Part shown: positions 11,608 to 23,102 of the stretch, piece by piece
How the letters are laid out: each line of letters starts with the position of its first letter
How positions within the stretch are numbered: the first letter of the stretch is position 1
Origin: Photobacterium sp.
GTDB taxonomy: Bacteria; Pseudomonadota; Gammaproteobacteria; Enterobacterales; Vibrionaceae
DNA length: 64,000 nucleotides
Direction of reading: 5' to 3'
Assembly (NCBI RefSeq): GCF_033720175.1
Contig: NZ_JAWWDA010000018.1
Coordinates: forward strand, 12,556 to 76,555
Notes under the pieces: generated by a model
Told to the model about the DNA's origin: nothing
The model's database searches: none
The model's input: the letters and a program-made list of their open reading frames with translations, nothing else
Program-made: the position numbers and the translations under genes

Positions 11608-14394
11608 ATGACCAAATATGGACTTCGTGCCAGGGTCTTTACCCTGACATTAGCACCGACATTGATTATAGGCCTATTATTAAGCGCCTTTTTCACGATG
11701 AGCCGCTACCGTGATCTGGAACACCAGCTGATATCTACTGGTGCCAGTATTATTGAACCGCTGGCAATTTCAACAGAATATGGCATGACCGATAAAAATC
11801 GGGAAGCGGTTCGTCGCCTGATCAGTTATGCCCACCGCAAGCATTCCCAGATCATCCGCAGTATTGCCGTCTTTGATGCCAGCAATGAATTATTTGTCAC
11901 CTCGAACTTTCATCGTAACTTTGAAATCCTGATGTATCCGGATGATCAACCGATCCCGTTGCTGCTCGATACCCGGCTCAATGATAATTCGTTGATCCTG
12001 CGCGCCCCGATTTTAACCGAAGGTCAATTTGGTAACAGCCCGCAATTGAATTACCAGGGCCAGGCCCTCGGGTATATCGCCCTAGAATTAGACTTAAGTG
12101 CCCTGCGTCTCCAGCAGTACCAGGAAGTATTCACCGCCTTGATGGTGCTACTACTGGGGTTAACACTGTCTTCTCTGTTTGCTTACCGCCTAATGCAGGA
12201 TGTTACCAGGCCGATCTCGCACATGGTCAGTGTGGTCGATCGGATCCGACGCGGTCACTTGGATATACGCATCGAAGGAGAACTGCTTGGTGAACTGGAT
12301 ACCTTGAAAAACGGTATCAATGCCATGGCAATATCGCTCTCTGAATACCACATTGAGATGCAGCAGAGCATCGATCAGGCAACGTCCGATCTGCGCGAAA
12401 CCCTGGAGCAGTTGGAAATCCAGAACGTTGAACTGGATATCGCCAAGAAGCGTGCCCAGGAGGCCGCACGGGTGAAGTCCGAGTTCCTGGCAAATATGTC
12501 ACACGAACTGCGAACGCCGCTAAATGGTGTTATCGGCTTTACCCGTCAGATGCTGAAAACGCGGCTCAGTTCGAGTCAGCAAGATTACCTGCTAACTATC
12601 GAAAAATCGGCAAATAACCTGCTGACCATCATTAACGACATCCTCGACTTCTCGAAACTGGAAGCCGGCAAGTTACTGCTGGAAAATATCCCGTTTGATT
12701 TTACCGAGTCACTGGATGAGGTGATGTGTCTGCTGGCACCAAGCGCGCACGAAAAAGGGCTTGAACTCACCCTGAAAATTGATAACCGGATCCCGGCAGG
12801 CCTAATTGGTGATCCGCTCCGGATTCAGCAAGTGATCACTAACCTCATCGGTAACGCCGTTAAATTTACCGAACGCGGCAATATCGACGTCTCGGTCGAA
12901 CTGAAATCCGACAAAGATGAAAATGTCGAACTGCAATTTATGGTACGTGATACGGGTATCGGGATTTCTGAGCGCCAGCAGGCACAGTTATTCCAGGCAT
13001 TCAGCCAGGCCGATGCCAGTATTTCCCGCCGTTACGGCGGTACCGGGCTCGGCCTGGTGATCACCCAGAAACTGGTAACCCAGATGGGCGGTGAAATTCG
13101 TCTCACCAGCCGATTGCACCAAGGCTCGACCTTCTGGTTCTCATTAAAAATGCAAAAAACGGATCTGCCGGTTTCTCAGCCGATTGATACCTCTTCGCTT
13201 ATCGGTAAAAAGCTGCTGTTAATTGAACCAAACATGCAGGCCGCCTCCGTCGTTCAGCAACGCTTAATTAACGCCGGCATACAGGTGACTTACCGTTCGA
13301 GCATGCCGGAAGATGCCGAACACCATCATTTTGCGCTATTGTGCCTAACGCCGGGCGAGCAGCCGCCGATTGCCACTTTACTCGACCGGGTATTCAAGGC
13401 TGAACAAATTACCGACAAGGTGATTGTCAGTCTGCCAGCCACAGAGCTGGCATTGTCTGAGCGCCTTATCAATGCCGGGGTATCGGCCTGTTTAGGCAAG
13501 CCGCTGGCACACCGTAAGCTGTTTGAAGTGCTCAGCAATGCACCGGATGATCACGTTGAGCAGGATGTACCGTTGCTAGCCGAACCAGCACAGACCATCG
13601 AGCCTCTGACCGTGATGGCGGTTGATGATAATCCGGCAAACCTGAAGCTCATCGCGGCACTGCTGAGTGAGCGGGTAGAAACGGTTATTACCGCAACGGG
13701 AGGAAGAAAGGCCGTGGAGTATGCTCATCAGAAAGCCTTTGATTTAATCTTTATGGATATTCAAATGCCGGAAATGGATGGTGTCACGGCTTGTCAGGAG
13801 ATCCACAAAACGGATCTCAACCACACAACGCCGGTGATTGCCGTTACCGCCCATGCGATGGCCGGCGAACGTGAACGGTTGCTCAATGCCGGGATGGATG
13901 ATTACCTCACCAAGCCGATTGAAGAGCGCATCCTGCAGCAAATACTGGCAAAGTGGACAACGAGTTCTCATGGCACGGGTTCTGCAGCAACGGAAGGCGG
14001 CGTTACCGCTGACGTCACTGAAGCCCCCTCCCCGGATCAGGCTGTAACAATTGACAAAAATACCAGCTGGGACTGGGAGCTGGCACTGGCACAAGCCGCT
14101 GGAAAAAAAGACCTGGCGAAAGACATGCTGCAAATGCTGCTCGATTTCATGCCCGAAGTGGAAATGCTGGTGAATGAAGCCTTAGACGGCAAAGAGATCG
14201 ATTTATGGTCGTCGATTCACAAGTTGCATGGCAGCTGTGCCTACAGTGGCGTGCCGCGCCTGAAAAACCTCTGCCATACCATAGAGACTGAGCTTAAAGC
14301 CAATGCAACCGTCGAGGACATTGAGCCCGAACTGTACGAGCTGGTCGATGAAATGAACAACGTGGTGAAAGCGTCAAAGGCGTATAGGCACTAG
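11608..14394 (+). CDS. barA: hybrid sensor histidine kinase BarA/VarS/GacS type
   Basis: Two TM segments, HAMP, H-box SHELRTPLNG, HATPase GTGLGL, receiver DLIFMDIQMPEMDG and HPt HKLHGSCAYSG. Divergent from rlmD, as in E. coli. Confidence 0.9.
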   Translation: MTKYGLRARVFTLTLAPTLIIGLLLSAFFTMSRYRDLEHQLISTGASIIEPLAISTEYGMTDKNREAVRRLISYAHRKHSQIIRSIAVFDASNELFVTSNFHRNFEILMYPDDQPIPLLLDTRLNDNSLILRAPILTEGQFGNSPQLNYQGQALGYIALELDLSALRLQQYQEVFTALMVLLLGLTLSSLFAYRLMQDVTRPISHMVSVVDRIRRGHLDIRIEGELLGELDTLKNGINAMAISLSEYHIEMQQSIDQATSDLRETLEQLEIQNVELDIAKKRAQEAARVKSEFLANMSHELRTPLNGVIGFTRQMLKTRLSSSQQDYLLTIEKSANNLLTIINDILDFSKLEAGKLLLENIPFDFTESLDEVMCLLAPSAHEKGLELTLKIDNRIPAGLIGDPLRIQQVITNLIGNAVKFTERGNIDVSVELKSDKDENVELQFMVRDTGIGISERQQAQLFQAFSQADASISRRYGGTGLGLVITQKLVTQMGGEIRLTSRLHQGSTFWFSLKMQKTDLPVSQPIDTSSLIGKKLLLIEPNMQAASVVQQRLINAGIQVTYRSSMPEDAEHHHFALLCLTPGEQPPIATLLDRVFKAEQITDKVIVSLPATELALSERLINAGVSACLGKPLAHRKLFEVLSNAPDDHVEQDVPLLAEPAQTIEPLTVMAVDDNPANLKLIAALLSERVETVITATGGRKAVEYAHQKAFDLIFMDIQMPEMDGVTACQEIHKTDLNHTTPVIAVTAHAMAGERERLLNAGMDDYLTKPIEERILQQILAKWTTSSHGTGSAATEGGVTADVTEAPSPDQAVTIDKNTSWDWELALAQAAGKKDLAKDMLQMLLDFMPEVEMLVNEALDGKEIDLWSSIHKLHGSCAYSGVPRLKNLCHTIETELKANATVEDIEPELYELVDEMNNVVKASKAYRH

Positions 14395-14413
14395 GGACTA
14401 ATATTTTGAGTAC

Positions 14414-14446
14414 AAAAAAGGAGAGCGATAGAGGCTCTCCTTTTTA
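14414..14446 (+). terminator. intrinsic terminator of barA (A run upstream makes it potentially bidirectional)
   Basis: Stem AGGAGAGC/GCTCTCCT (14419-14426 / 14434-14441) followed by TTTTT. Confidence 0.85.
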
Positions 14447-14583
14447 TTGGTTTGTCAGATGAAAATCTGGGGGCCTGCAAGGCAGGTTCTATGAGCCCTA
14501 ACGGAGAGTCAAGCTTTTGCTTTTCCTCGCAACTCGAACCTAGTAACTCGACACTGCTTATCCATAGAACCGCTCTGCCGTTA

Positions 14584-14964
14584 TTACGATTCTAAAATCA
14601 CCGTTGCCACGGCATAACGTTTCTCGTCGGCAATGGTCAGATGAACGTGGTTAACGCCCATCGCCTCGGCCAATTTTGCGGCTTTACCTGACAGACGCAA
14701 TACTGGCTTACCCAGCTCATCATTACTGACGGTGAAATCCTGAAAAGAGACGCCGCAGGCAATCCCGGTTCCTAAGGCTTTCGATGCCGCTTCTTTGACC
14801 GCAAACCGTTTGGCCAGATAACGCCCCTTCAGCTTTAAACCCGCTAAGATTTCCAGCTCAGGCGCTGACAAGACTCGCTCAGCAAAGGCATCACCCGATC
14901 GCGCATAGACTTTTTCAACGCGCCCGATATCTGCGATATCGGTTCCCAGGCCGACAATCGCCAT
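14584..14964 (-). CDS. acpS: holo-[acyl-carrier-protein] synthase
   Basis: [17 protein letters not shown]-terminus, 126 aa, downstream of pdxJ. Confidence 0.9.
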   Translation of the reverse strand: MAIVGLGTDIADIGRVEKVYARSGDAFAERVLSAPELEILAGLKLKGRYLAKRFAVKEAASKALGTGIACGVSFQDFTVSNDELGKPVLRLSGKAAKLAEAMGVNHVHLTIADEKRYAVATVILES

Positions 14965-14966
14965 GC

Positions 14967-15698
14967 TTAGCGACGCGCTTCAAGCATGATGGCTTGCATA
15001 TCGGCCACCGCTTTGTTCAAACCATCAAACACGGCGCGCCCCATGATGGCGTGGCCAATATTCAGCTCATAAATCTCGGGCAGCGCAGCCACAGGCTTCA
15101 CGTTGTGATAGGTCAGGCCGTGGCCCGCATTGACTTTAATACCCAGATCATCTGCGTAACTTGCAGCCGCAGCAATCTTCTTCAGCTCCGCTTGCTGCTC
15201 TTCTTCGCTTTCTGCATCAGCATAATGGCCGGTGTGCAATTCGATATAAGGCGCACCAGCGGCAACTGCCGCATCAATCTGCTTACGGTCAGCATCAATA
15301 AACAAAGAGACTTTAATGCCAGCTGCCGTCAGTTTTTCGGTTGCTGCTTTAATTTTGTCCAGCTGACCCGCCACATCCAGACCACCTTCGGTCGTCAGCT
15401 CTTCCCGTTTTTCAGGTACCAGGCAGACGAACTCCGGCTGAGTTTCCAATGCAATGCTGACCATTTCATCCGTCACGGCCATTTCAAGGTTCATACGAGT
15501 CTGGATCGTTTCACGCAAAATACGGACATCTCGGTCAGTAATATGGCGGCGATCCTCACGCAGGTGAATAGTAATACCATCGGCACCAGCACGCTCAGCA
15601 ACTTCTGCTGCGTGAACAGGATCAGGGTATCGAGTACCTCGGGCGTTGCGTAGAGTGGCAATATGATCGATATTCACGCCGAGTAGTATGTTCTTCAT
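14967..15698 (-). CDS. pdxJ: pyridoxine 5'-phosphate synthase
   Basis: [16 protein letters not shown] motif, 243 aa. Confidence 0.95.
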   Translation of the reverse strand: MKNILLGVNIDHIATLRNARGTRYPDPVHAAEVAERAGADGITIHLREDRRHITDRDVRILRETIQTRMNLEMAVTDEMVSIALETQPEFVCLVPEKREELTTEGGLDVAGQLDKIKAATEKLTAAGIKVSLFIDADRKQIDAAVAAGAPYIELHTGHYADAESEEEQQAELKKIAAAASYADDLGIKVNAGHGLTYHNVKPVAALPEIYELNIGHAIMGRAVFDGLNKAVADMQAIMLEARR

Positions 15699-16405
15699 TT
15701 TTGGGTACTCCTTCCTCTAGGGATAAATAATTCCCTGCTTTTTAATGGTTTCCCGCCAAGATAAGGTTTCAGGGCCATCCGTGTAAAGCGTTTTGCTGCC
15801 TTGAGTTGATCCGGGGTTTCAAAATGTCGGGCGGCTATCGCTTTCAGCTGGCTACCGGTAAAGGTCAGCTGGCCTGTCATGATTGATGCAATAAAACCTT
15901 TTTGCTCGCGGTAGTTATAGGTCATGGTGTCTTCTACAGGCAAGCCACTACCGGCACAGTGAAGAAAGTCGATGCCATACCCCAGATGATAAAGCAGTGC
16001 CAGCTCAAAGCGCCGCAATGCCGGTTCTGGGTTATCAGCTTGCGCCAGCTCGCGCAGCGCATTCAGATAATCCAGAAACAGCACAGGGTAAGGTGTGTCA
16101 TTCTCGAGAACCCGAGCCACGACTTCGTTAATATACAGGGCAGAATAGAGGATATAGCCGCGCATGGGCAGGCCGATACTGATAGGTTCGGCATGATTCA
16201 ATGTCCGCATTGAACCGCGGCCGGACCATTTCATAAACAGAGGAGTGAAAGGCTGCAATGTGCCTTTGAGGTTGGAGCGCTTACGGCGCGCTCCTTTCGA
16301 CAAGATAGTCAGACGACCACTGTCCTCGCTGAACACATCGAGGATCAGGCTCGTCTCACTATACGGGCGAGTATGAAGGACAAAACAGCGTTGCAGCCCC
16401 TCCAT
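15695..16405 (-). CDS. recO: DNA repair protein RecO
   Basis: Length and context (era-recO-pdxJ); N-terminal OB-fold pattern [18 protein letters not shown]. Stop overlaps the pdxJ start. Confidence 0.9.
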   Translation of the reverse strand: MEGLQRCFVLHTRPYSETSLILDVFSEDSGRLTILSKGARRKRSNLKGTLQPFTPLFMKWSGRGSMRTLNHAEPISIGLPMRGYILYSALYINEVVARVLENDTPYPVLFLDYLNALRELAQADNPEPALRRFELALLYHLGYGIDFLHCAGSGLPVEDTMTYNYREQKGFIASIMTGQLTFTGSQLKAIAARHFETPDQLKAAKRFTRMALKPYLGGKPLKSRELFIPRGRSTQK

Positions 16406-16413
16406 GGTGTTCC

Positions 16414-17319
16414 TTACAGGTCGTCAATGTAACCCAGGCTACGCAGTGCACGTTCGTCATCTGCCCAACCCGATTTCACTTTAACCCATAGCTCCAGGTA
16501 CACCTTACGCTCGAACAGATCTTCCATATCAATACGGGCTTCACGGCCAATGACTTTCATTTTCTCGCCATTTTTGCCGATCACCATTTTCTTCTGGCCC
16601 TTTCGTTCAACCAGAATCAAGCCATTAATATCAAAACCATTCGTGCGCGGATTAAAATCAAAACGTTCGATCTCAACCGTCACAGCATAGGGCAACTCTT
16701 CACCGGTAAAGCGCATCAGCTTTTCACGGATGATCTCAGAGGCCATAAAACGCTGCGAACGGTCGGTCACATGATCTTCCGGGAAGAAGTATTCACCTTC
16801 CGGCAGATGCTCGCGAACAATTTTTTCTACCGCATCAACGTTGGTACCGCTTTTCGCTGAAATTGGCACCACATCAACAAAGTCCATCTTCTTCGACAGC
16901 GCTTCAAGGTGCGGGAACAGATCGCCTTTCTCTTTCACGTTGTCGACCTTGTTGATCAACAGTACTGTTGGCAGCTCACTCTTAATAAGCTTGTTCAGTA
17001 CCATCTCATCATCGTCAGTCCACATTGTGCCATCAACCAGGAAAAGCACTAGCTCAACATCGGTCAGCGAGCTGCTGGCCGCACGGTTCATCAAACGGTT
17101 AATGGTGCGTTTTTCTTCAATGTGCAGACCCGGGGTATCAATATACACCGCCTGGTAACCATCACGGGTATCAACACCCATAATACGGTGACGCGTTGTC
17201 TGTGGTTTACGTGAAGTGATCGACAACTTCTGCCCAACCAGACGGTTGATTAGAGTCGATTTACCAACGTTTGGTCGGCCTACGATGGCTATAAAGCCGC
17301 AATGTTGCTTATCTGTCAT
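16414..17319 (-). CDS. era: GTPase Era
   Basis: G1 [10 protein letters not shown]3 DTPG, G4 NKVD, and a C-terminal KH domain. Confidence 0.95.
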   Translation of the reverse strand: MTDKQHCGFIAIVGRPNVGKSTLINRLVGQKLSITSRKPQTTRHRIMGVDTRDGYQAVYIDTPGLHIEEKRTINRLMNRAASSSLTDVELVLFLVDGTMWTDDDEMVLNKLIKSELPTVLLINKVDNVKEKGDLFPHLEALSKKMDFVDVVPISAKSGTNVDAVEKIVREHLPEGEYFFPEDHVTDRSQRFMASEIIREKLMRFTGEELPYAVTVEIERFDFNPRTNGFDINGLILVERKGQKKMVIGKNGEKMKVIGREARIDMEDLFERKVYLELWVKVKSGWADDERALRSLGYIDDL

Positions 17320-17990
17320 GATTCCAACTGCTTAAGAGCAAGTTCTGCTGCTGCCTGCTCTGCCTTGCGCCGACTGCCGCCTTTACCAATTACAGGCTTA
17401 TCCAAGCCTGTAACATCACATTGCACCGTGAACTCTTGATTATGAGCTTCACCATGTACCTTAACTACAGTATACCCCGGAAGCGGCAAACGACGACCTT
17501 GCAAACACTCTTGCAGCCGTGTTTTGGGATCTTTCTGGCCAATCCCCGGTTGAATGGTGTCGAGGCGAGACTGATACCATGCAAGAATAATCTTCCGTAC
17601 CTGCTCAGTGTCACTATCAAGATAGATCGCACCAATGATCGCTTCAACGCAATCAGCCAGAATAGAGTCACGGCGAAAGCCGCCGCTTTTTAACTCTCCC
17701 GGGCCAAGCAGTAAATACTCACCAAGCTCAAATTCACGCCCCAGCTCAGCCAGGGTCTTACCGCGAACTAATGTCGCACGCATACGGCTCATATCCCCTT
17801 CATCCACTTCCGGGAATCGGTGGTATAGGTCATCTGCAATGACAAAGCTTAAAATGGAATCGCCCAGAAACTCGAGGCGTTCGTTATGAGTACCGTTAGC
17901 ACTGCGGTGTGTCAGTGCTAACGTCATCAAATCGCTGTTATTAAATTGATACCCCAGCATACGCTGAAGTCTATTAGCAGGAGATGTCAT
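17316..17990 (-). CDS. rnc: ribonuclease III
   Basis: Signature ERLEFLGDS plus a dsRBD C-terminus. Stop overlaps the era start (ATGA). Confidence 0.95.
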   Translation of the reverse strand: MTSPANRLQRMLGYQFNNSDLMTLALTHRSANGTHNERLEFLGDSILSFVIADDLYHRFPEVDEGDMSRMRATLVRGKTLAELGREFELGEYLLLGPGELKSGGFRRDSILADCVEAIIGAIYLDSDTEQVRKIILAWYQSRLDTIQPGIGQKDPKTRLQECLQGRRLPLPGYTVVKVHGEAHNQEFTVQCDVTGLDKPVIGKGGSRRKAEQAAAELALKQLES

Positions 17991-18000
17991 TTTATCTCGA

Positions 18001-18900
18001 TCAGTTTATGCTACCGATGCGGTTAAAACGCACACCAGTAGGAATCCAGGATGGTAAGACACTCTCGGCACTTCTTTCAAACTCAAAGCTGATCCAGATC
18101 ACGACCGCCTTTCCGACCAGATTTGCTTCTGGAACAAAGCCCCAGAAACGACTGTCTGAACTGTTATCGCGGTTATCCCCCATCATGAAATACTGGCCTT
18201 CAGGTACAACCCACTCGCTGATCCCCGGACGCGGATAGTACTTCAGCGTGTAGTCTCGCTTCAGTGGGTGCACTAAAATCTGGTGATTTACATCACCCAG
18301 TTTTTCATCGAGTTGAACAAAACGTGTCATGCCCTGACTGAACTCACTGTCAGTCATATTCGTCAGTGGCACCGGGGTACAGGTTGCAGAACCTTTCGGG
18401 GCAATACAAAGCTGCTTGCTGGAACTGTAACGAATCGTATCGCCAGGCATACCAACAACACGTTTAATGTAGTCAACATTGGGTTGAGGCGGGTACTTAA
18501 AGACCACGCTATCACCACGCTCTGGCTCACCGGTTTCAATCAACTTGTGACGGAATACCGGATCGCGAAGACCGTAAGCGAATTTTTCAACCAAGATGAA
18601 ATCTCCCACGAGCAACGTCGGCATCATAGAGCCGGATGGGATCTGGAACGGCTCATAAATAAATGAGCGAAATACCATAATGAGCGCAATCACCGGAAAC
18701 ATCGAGCTGGCTGATTCCACCCAGCTCGGTTGCGGCGCAATGGCTTCAAGGGTTTTAGCAGCTACTTGATCGCCAGCATTAGCTGCTGCCGCATCAATTT
18801 TTAATTGACGTTTCGGTGCCCAGATAAATTTATCCAACGCCCAAATAATCCCGGTCAACAGCGTGGCCAGAACCAGAATTAACGAAAAAGTATTTGCCAT
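18001..18900 (-). CDS. lepB: signal peptidase I
   Basis: Catalytic boxes SGSMMPTL and [11 protein letters not shown]. Confidence 0.95.
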   Translation of the reverse strand: MANTFSLILVLATLLTGIIWALDKFIWAPKRQLKIDAAAANAGDQVAAKTLEAIAPQPSWVESASSMFPVIALIMVFRSFIYEPFQIPSGSMMPTLLVGDFILVEKFAYGLRDPVFRHKLIETGEPERGDSVVFKYPPQPNVDYIKRVVGMPGDTIRYSSSKQLCIAPKGSATCTPVPLTNMTDSEFSQGMTRFVQLDEKLGDVNHQILVHPLKRDYTLKYYPRPGISEWVVPEGQYFMMGDNRDNSSDSRFWGFVPEANLVGKAVVIWISFEFERSAESVLPSWIPTGVRFNRIGSIN

Positions 18901-19030
18901 TTTATTCCCTATGAATGTCTCAACTCATCACAAACGGGTTGGTCCGTGAAACAGAAATGCCGATTTAATGAATATAAATCAGCACTTTGTTTGACATCAA
19001 ACCCGCTTGCGATGAGATAAACGTTATTAC

Positions 19031-20824
19031 TTATTTTTTACCTACGTGCAAAATAGCCAGGAACGCTTCCTGAGGCAGTTCGACATTGCCGATCTGCTTC
19101 ATACGCTTTTTACCTTCTTTCTGCTTCTGTAGCAGTTTCTTCTTACGGCTGATATCGCCACCGTAACATTTAGCAATCACGTTTTTACGCAACTGCTTAA
19201 CGGTTGCACGGGCAATGATCATGCCGCCAATCGCCGCTTGAATCGCGATATCAAACATCTGACGAGGAATGAATTCCTTCATCTTGTCGACTAACTCACG
19301 ACCGCGACCATTTGCATTGTCTTTATGCGTAATGATTGCCAGTGCATCAACACGTTCGCCATTGATCATTACATCAACACGTACCATGTTGGATGGCTCG
19401 TAACGCTGGAAGCTGTAATCCAGTGATGCGTAACCACGCGAGGTCGATTTCAGACGGTCGAAGAAATCCAGTACCACTTCTGACATAGGGATATCGTATG
19501 TCAAAGCAACTTGGTTACCGTGATAGACCATATCCACCTGCATACCACGTTTTTCGATACACAGCGTGATCACGTTACCCAGGTACTCAGACGGCACTAG
19601 GATATTACAGCGTGCAATGGGCTCACCAATGACTGCAATATCATTGACTGCCGGTAGCTTGGACGGGCTATCGACATAAATAATGTCGCCGCGTGTCGTT
19701 TCAACTTCATACACTACAGTCGGTGCTGTGGTAATAAGCGCAAGATCGTATTCACGCTCTAAGCGCTCTTGAATGATTTCCATGTGCAACATGCCAAGGA
19801 AGCCACAACGGAAGCCAAAACCAAGTGCCGAAGAACTTTCTGGTTCATAGAACAAAGACGCATCATTTAGGCTTAACTTGCCTAGTGCATCACGGAAGTT
19901 CTCGTAATCATCAGAAGAGATCGGGAACAGACCCGCATAAACCTGAGGTTTCACTTTCTGGAAACCAGGTAATGGTTCTTCACAGCCATCTTTGGCCGTT
20001 GTAATCGTATCGCCAACAGGTGCTCCCAGGATGTCTTTAATACCACAAACAACCCAGCCAACTTCACCGGTATTCAGGGCAGTCGTATCGACTTGCTTCG
20101 GTGTAAAGATACCCAGACGGTCAATATTCCAAACCTGACCGGTACTCATCATTTTAATTTTTGCATTTTTCTTTAATGAGCCATTTTTAACTCGAACCAA
20201 AGAGACAATACCTAAATAATTATCGAACCATGAGTCAATGATCAAGGCTTGTAGCGGACCGTCAGGGTCACCTTGTGGAGGGGGAATAGCGGCTACGATG
20301 TTTTCCAGAACATCTTCCACGCCTAAACCTGTTTTCGCAGAACAACGCGTAGCTTCTAACGCGTCGATACCGACAATGTCTTCTATTTCTTCTGCGACAC
20401 GTTCTGGATCAGCAGCTGGCAAGTCGATTTTATTCAAAATCGGCACCACTTCTAAGTCCATCTCCATAGCCGTGTAACAGTTAGCTAATGTCTGGGCTTC
20501 AACGCCCTGACCCGCATCAACCACCAGCAAAGCACCTTCACAGGCCGCTAGGGAGCGCGATACTTCGTATGAGAAGTCAACGTGTCCTGGTGTATCGATA
20601 AAATTAAGCTGATAAGTTTCACCATCTTTCGCCGTATAGTCGAGTGTGACACTCTGGGCTTTGATAGTGATACCGCGTTCGCGTTCGAGATCCATGGAAT
20701 CTAAAACCTGCGCAGACATTTCACGGTTGGAAAGGCCACCACAGACTTGAATTAGACGGTCGGATAAGGTCGACTTACCATGGTCGATATGTGCAATAAT
20801 CGAAAAGTTACGAATGTGCTTCAT
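19031..20824 (-). CDS. lepA: elongation factor 4 (LepA)
   Basis: [13 protein letters not shown]1 motif; 597 aa; lepA-lepB operon context. Confidence 0.97.
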   Translation of the reverse strand: MKHIRNFSIIAHIDHGKSTLSDRLIQVCGGLSNREMSAQVLDSMDLERERGITIKAQSVTLDYTAKDGETYQLNFIDTPGHVDFSYEVSRSLAACEGALLVVDAGQGVEAQTLANCYTAMEMDLEVVPILNKIDLPAADPERVAEEIEDIVGIDALEATRCSAKTGLGVEDVLENIVAAIPPPQGDPDGPLQALIIDSWFDNYLGIVSLVRVKNGSLKKNAKIKMMSTGQVWNIDRLGIFTPKQVDTTALNTGEVGWVVCGIKDILGAPVGDTITTAKDGCEEPLPGFQKVKPQVYAGLFPISSDDYENFRDALGKLSLNDASLFYEPESSSALGFGFRCGFLGMLHMEIIQERLEREYDLALITTAPTVVYEVETTRGDIIYVDSPSKLPAVNDIAVIGEPIARCNILVPSEYLGNVITLCIEKRGMQVDMVYHGNQVALTYDIPMSEVVLDFFDRLKSTSRGYASLDYSFQRYEPSNMVRVDVMINGERVDALAIITHKDNANGRGRELVDKMKEFIPRQMFDIAIQAAIGGMIIARATVKQLRKNVIAKCYGGDISRKKKLLQKQKEGKKRMKQIGNVELPQEAFLAILHVGKK

Positions 20825-20900
20825 GAATGGCGTGACTAGCTCGTGATTAAAATGAATGGGATCTTTTGATCAAGTTGACGGATTCTACCGAATTTCAGGG

Positions 20901-21398
20901 CTACTCGCTATCTTTCGATGCGGCATTTATCATCTTATCCACTGACAGAGGCTGCCCCAGCACTCTAATCAAGCTCGGTTCGTAGGCTGAGTCTCCCTCT
21001 AAGCGCCTGGCATAATACTTGGCTATCAGCAAGCCAATGCCAGCACTGATAACCGCTGCCAGCACCACACCAACTTCGCTGGTGCCTGATAATTCGACAA
21101 ACCACCACTGCCCTAACGCTGTCCCCAGCAGTAAAAATAGCAAAGGCACAACATAAACCAACAGAGCAGAACTCAGTATGCTCTGCTCAGACAGACCAAT
21201 TTCAACTACCTGCCCGATCGTCAGCGACTTTTGCGTGGTGATTTTTACCTGATGAGCTCGTCCCGGCACCACTTTACTCACGATGCCCGTTCCACAGGTG
21301 TCCCGGGACCCGCAATGACCACAGCTGGTCTGTTGCTGGCAACTGACGGTAATACTGCCCGGTTCAACGGCAACGACGGTTGCCAGTGTGTTCATCAT
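20901..21398 (-). CDS. rseC: sigma-E regulatory protein RseC
   Basis: N-terminal Cys cluster (SCGHCGSRDTCG) plus two TM helices; follows rseB with overlapping stop/start. Confidence 0.85.
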   Translation of the reverse strand: MMNTLATVVAVEPGSITVSCQQQTSCGHCGSRDTCGTGIVSKVVPGRAHQVKITTQKSLTIGQVVEIGLSEQSILSSALLVYVVPLLFLLLGTALGQWWFVELSGTSEVGVVLAAVISAGIGLLIAKYYARRLEGDSAYEPSLIRVLGQPLSVDKMINAASKDSE

Positions 21399-22393
21399 GG
21401 CGCAGCCTTTTCAGCCGTAGAATCAGCCCCTTTTTTTGAACCGACAAAAGCGATCGACTCTGCAACCCGACGTGCCGTGGCCGGAGGAATATCGCCGACA
21501 ACAGTCACTTCTTTCTTACCCTGAAGATGGCTATGCAACGTACGGCGCCCTTGTCTTACCAATTGTTCACGTACAGTATAGCTGTCTGCTTCTGAAACAT
21601 AGATAGAAAAGCTAAATAATCCATCACTGTACATTTTGCTTTCAACTGGCCGTTGAGTCAGGACCAGGCGATGGCGGTTACGAGAGACTGACTCAAACCC
21701 CTGAGGTAACCAGTTTACCTGCCAGCTCAGTTCGGCCTGAGGCTGCGGCGGCAACTGAACAACGGCGGGTAAATCAACACTGCGCAGGCTTTGCAGTACC
21801 TCACCGACTTTCGGGTTCACAACATATGACACCGCTCGATACTGCTCTAACGGTTCACCGTCGCGATCGAGCAAATCTGCACGCATCACTAAACGGTTGC
21901 GATGATCAATCCACAACAAATAAGAATAACGTGCGCCGTCTTTAGGAGCGATACGTACGACATCACAGGCAACGCCCGCCTCGCGAGCCCGCCCCATCGA
22001 GATGAAGTCATAATTAGCCGACAACGCGTTAATATCGGACTGCATAATCGGCGGCAGGGGAGCCACCATCTTGTTACTATCGATCGTAAAAGGATCCAGC
22101 CCGGGCTCGAAATAACTGATCTCATTGCCACGCTGAATCACCTCACGCGGCGGTCCGCTGAGGTAGATCAGATGTGCGTACGTCTGACCATCTTCTAACG
22201 CATGACGATATCGTAGCGGTTCAATACTGTTTTTCTTAATTAAAATGTACGACAACTCGTAACTGAGCTCTCGACTAGCCTCATCCATCTGATGCAACAA
22301 AGCCTCTGCTGAAGCGATAGGCTCTTCGGCAAAGGCTTGCAAAGGCATCATCAGGCTGACCAGTGTCACGGCACCGACCAGAATTTTTATCAT
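21395..22393 (-). CDS. rseB: sigma-E regulatory protein RseB
   Basis: Signal peptide, MucB/RseB-like length, rseA-rseB-rseC order. Confidence 0.9.
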   Translation of the reverse strand: MIKILVGAVTLVSLMMPLQAFAEEPIASAEALLHQMDEASRELSYELSYILIKKNSIEPLRYRHALEDGQTYAHLIYLSGPPREVIQRGNEISYFEPGLDPFTIDSNKMVAPLPPIMQSDINALSANYDFISMGRAREAGVACDVVRIAPKDGARYSYLLWIDHRNRLVMRADLLDRDGEPLEQYRAVSYVVNPKVGEVLQSLRSVDLPAVVQLPPQPQAELSWQVNWLPQGFESVSRNRHRLVLTQRPVESKMYSDGLFSFSIYVSEADSYTVREQLVRQGRRTLHSHLQGKKEVTVVGDIPPATARRVAESIAFVGSKKGADSTAEKAAP

Positions 22394-23079
22394 TAGTCCG
22401 CCACAGATGAATTAGTTTCTAACAACGTTCTGTCAATACTGCCATCTTCAGCGTTGAAACGCAGCTGAAGTTCATAGTCTTGCAACATCGCATTAATACG
22501 ACGGCGCTGCTCCATGAGTTGCGCTTCATTAGGGGCATTGTTATGCGCACCGGTACGGACAGAATCACGGGTTAAGCTGACTGGCTCAGCTTTGCCTGCA
22601 AAGGGGATAGTCTGCAGAACGGGTAATTGGGTATTGGTTGCTTCAGCAACCAGACCGTCATCACCGCCATTGTATTGTTGTACGCCGACAATAACCGCTA
22701 ATGATACGGATGCAGCGATGGCTACCTGACCAAACTGGGTAAACCATGCCGGCAGTGAGCGTTTTGCCTGACGCGGTGTAGGCTGAGATTCAGGCGTTTT
22801 CTGTGCGGCTCTTATATCAACAACAGGTGCAGCCACTTCTGGCTCGGCACTTAAGCCTGGAACCCCGGTATGAGCAGGTTCATTTTCTAACGCCAGCGCG
22901 ACATTTGCAGCAATATTCCATTTTTTGCCTTGCGGAGCATCGCCACGCATCACATCACCAATCAGGCTGAAGTTCTGCCAAGCTTGCTCACTCTCTTTGT
23001 CAACGGCCAGCGCATTGATAATGCTCTGATCCAGTTCTTCGCCGTCTAGTAACGCCGAAATTTTTTCTTTATCAGCCAT
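22393..23079 (-). CDS. rseA: anti-sigma-E factor RseA
   Basis: MADKEKISALLDGEELD N-terminus and a central TM segment. ATG 23079 was chosen; the longer ORF to 23187 would overlap rpoE by 85 nt. Confidence 0.85.
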   Translation of the reverse strand: MADKEKISALLDGEELDQSIINALAVDKESEQAWQNFSLIGDVMRGDAPQGKKWNIAANVALALENEPAHTGVPGLSAEPEVAAPVVDIRAAQKTPESQPTPRQAKRSLPAWFTQFGQVAIAASVSLAVIVGVQQYNGGDDGLVAEATNTQLPVLQTIPFAGKAEPVSLTRDSVRTGAHNNAPNEAQLMEQRRRINAMLQDYELQLRFNAEDGSIDRTLLETNSSVAD

Positions 23080-23102
23080 TTTTTTCACCGTTTGGCCCAA
23101 CA

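Noticed and set aside
14994-15653. A 219-aa ORF antisense to pdxJ.
   Set aside because: It lies wholly inside a well-supported pdxJ gene on the opposite strand and has a low-complexity, Arg/Leu/Cys-rich translation typical of shadow frames. The same reasoning applies to 357-845, 1253-1621, 4305-4712, 8686-9231, 9232-9618, 13744-14133, 21231-21524, 42461-42937, 52968-53471, 55142-55489, 58152-58688, 60154-60561 and 61036-61389.
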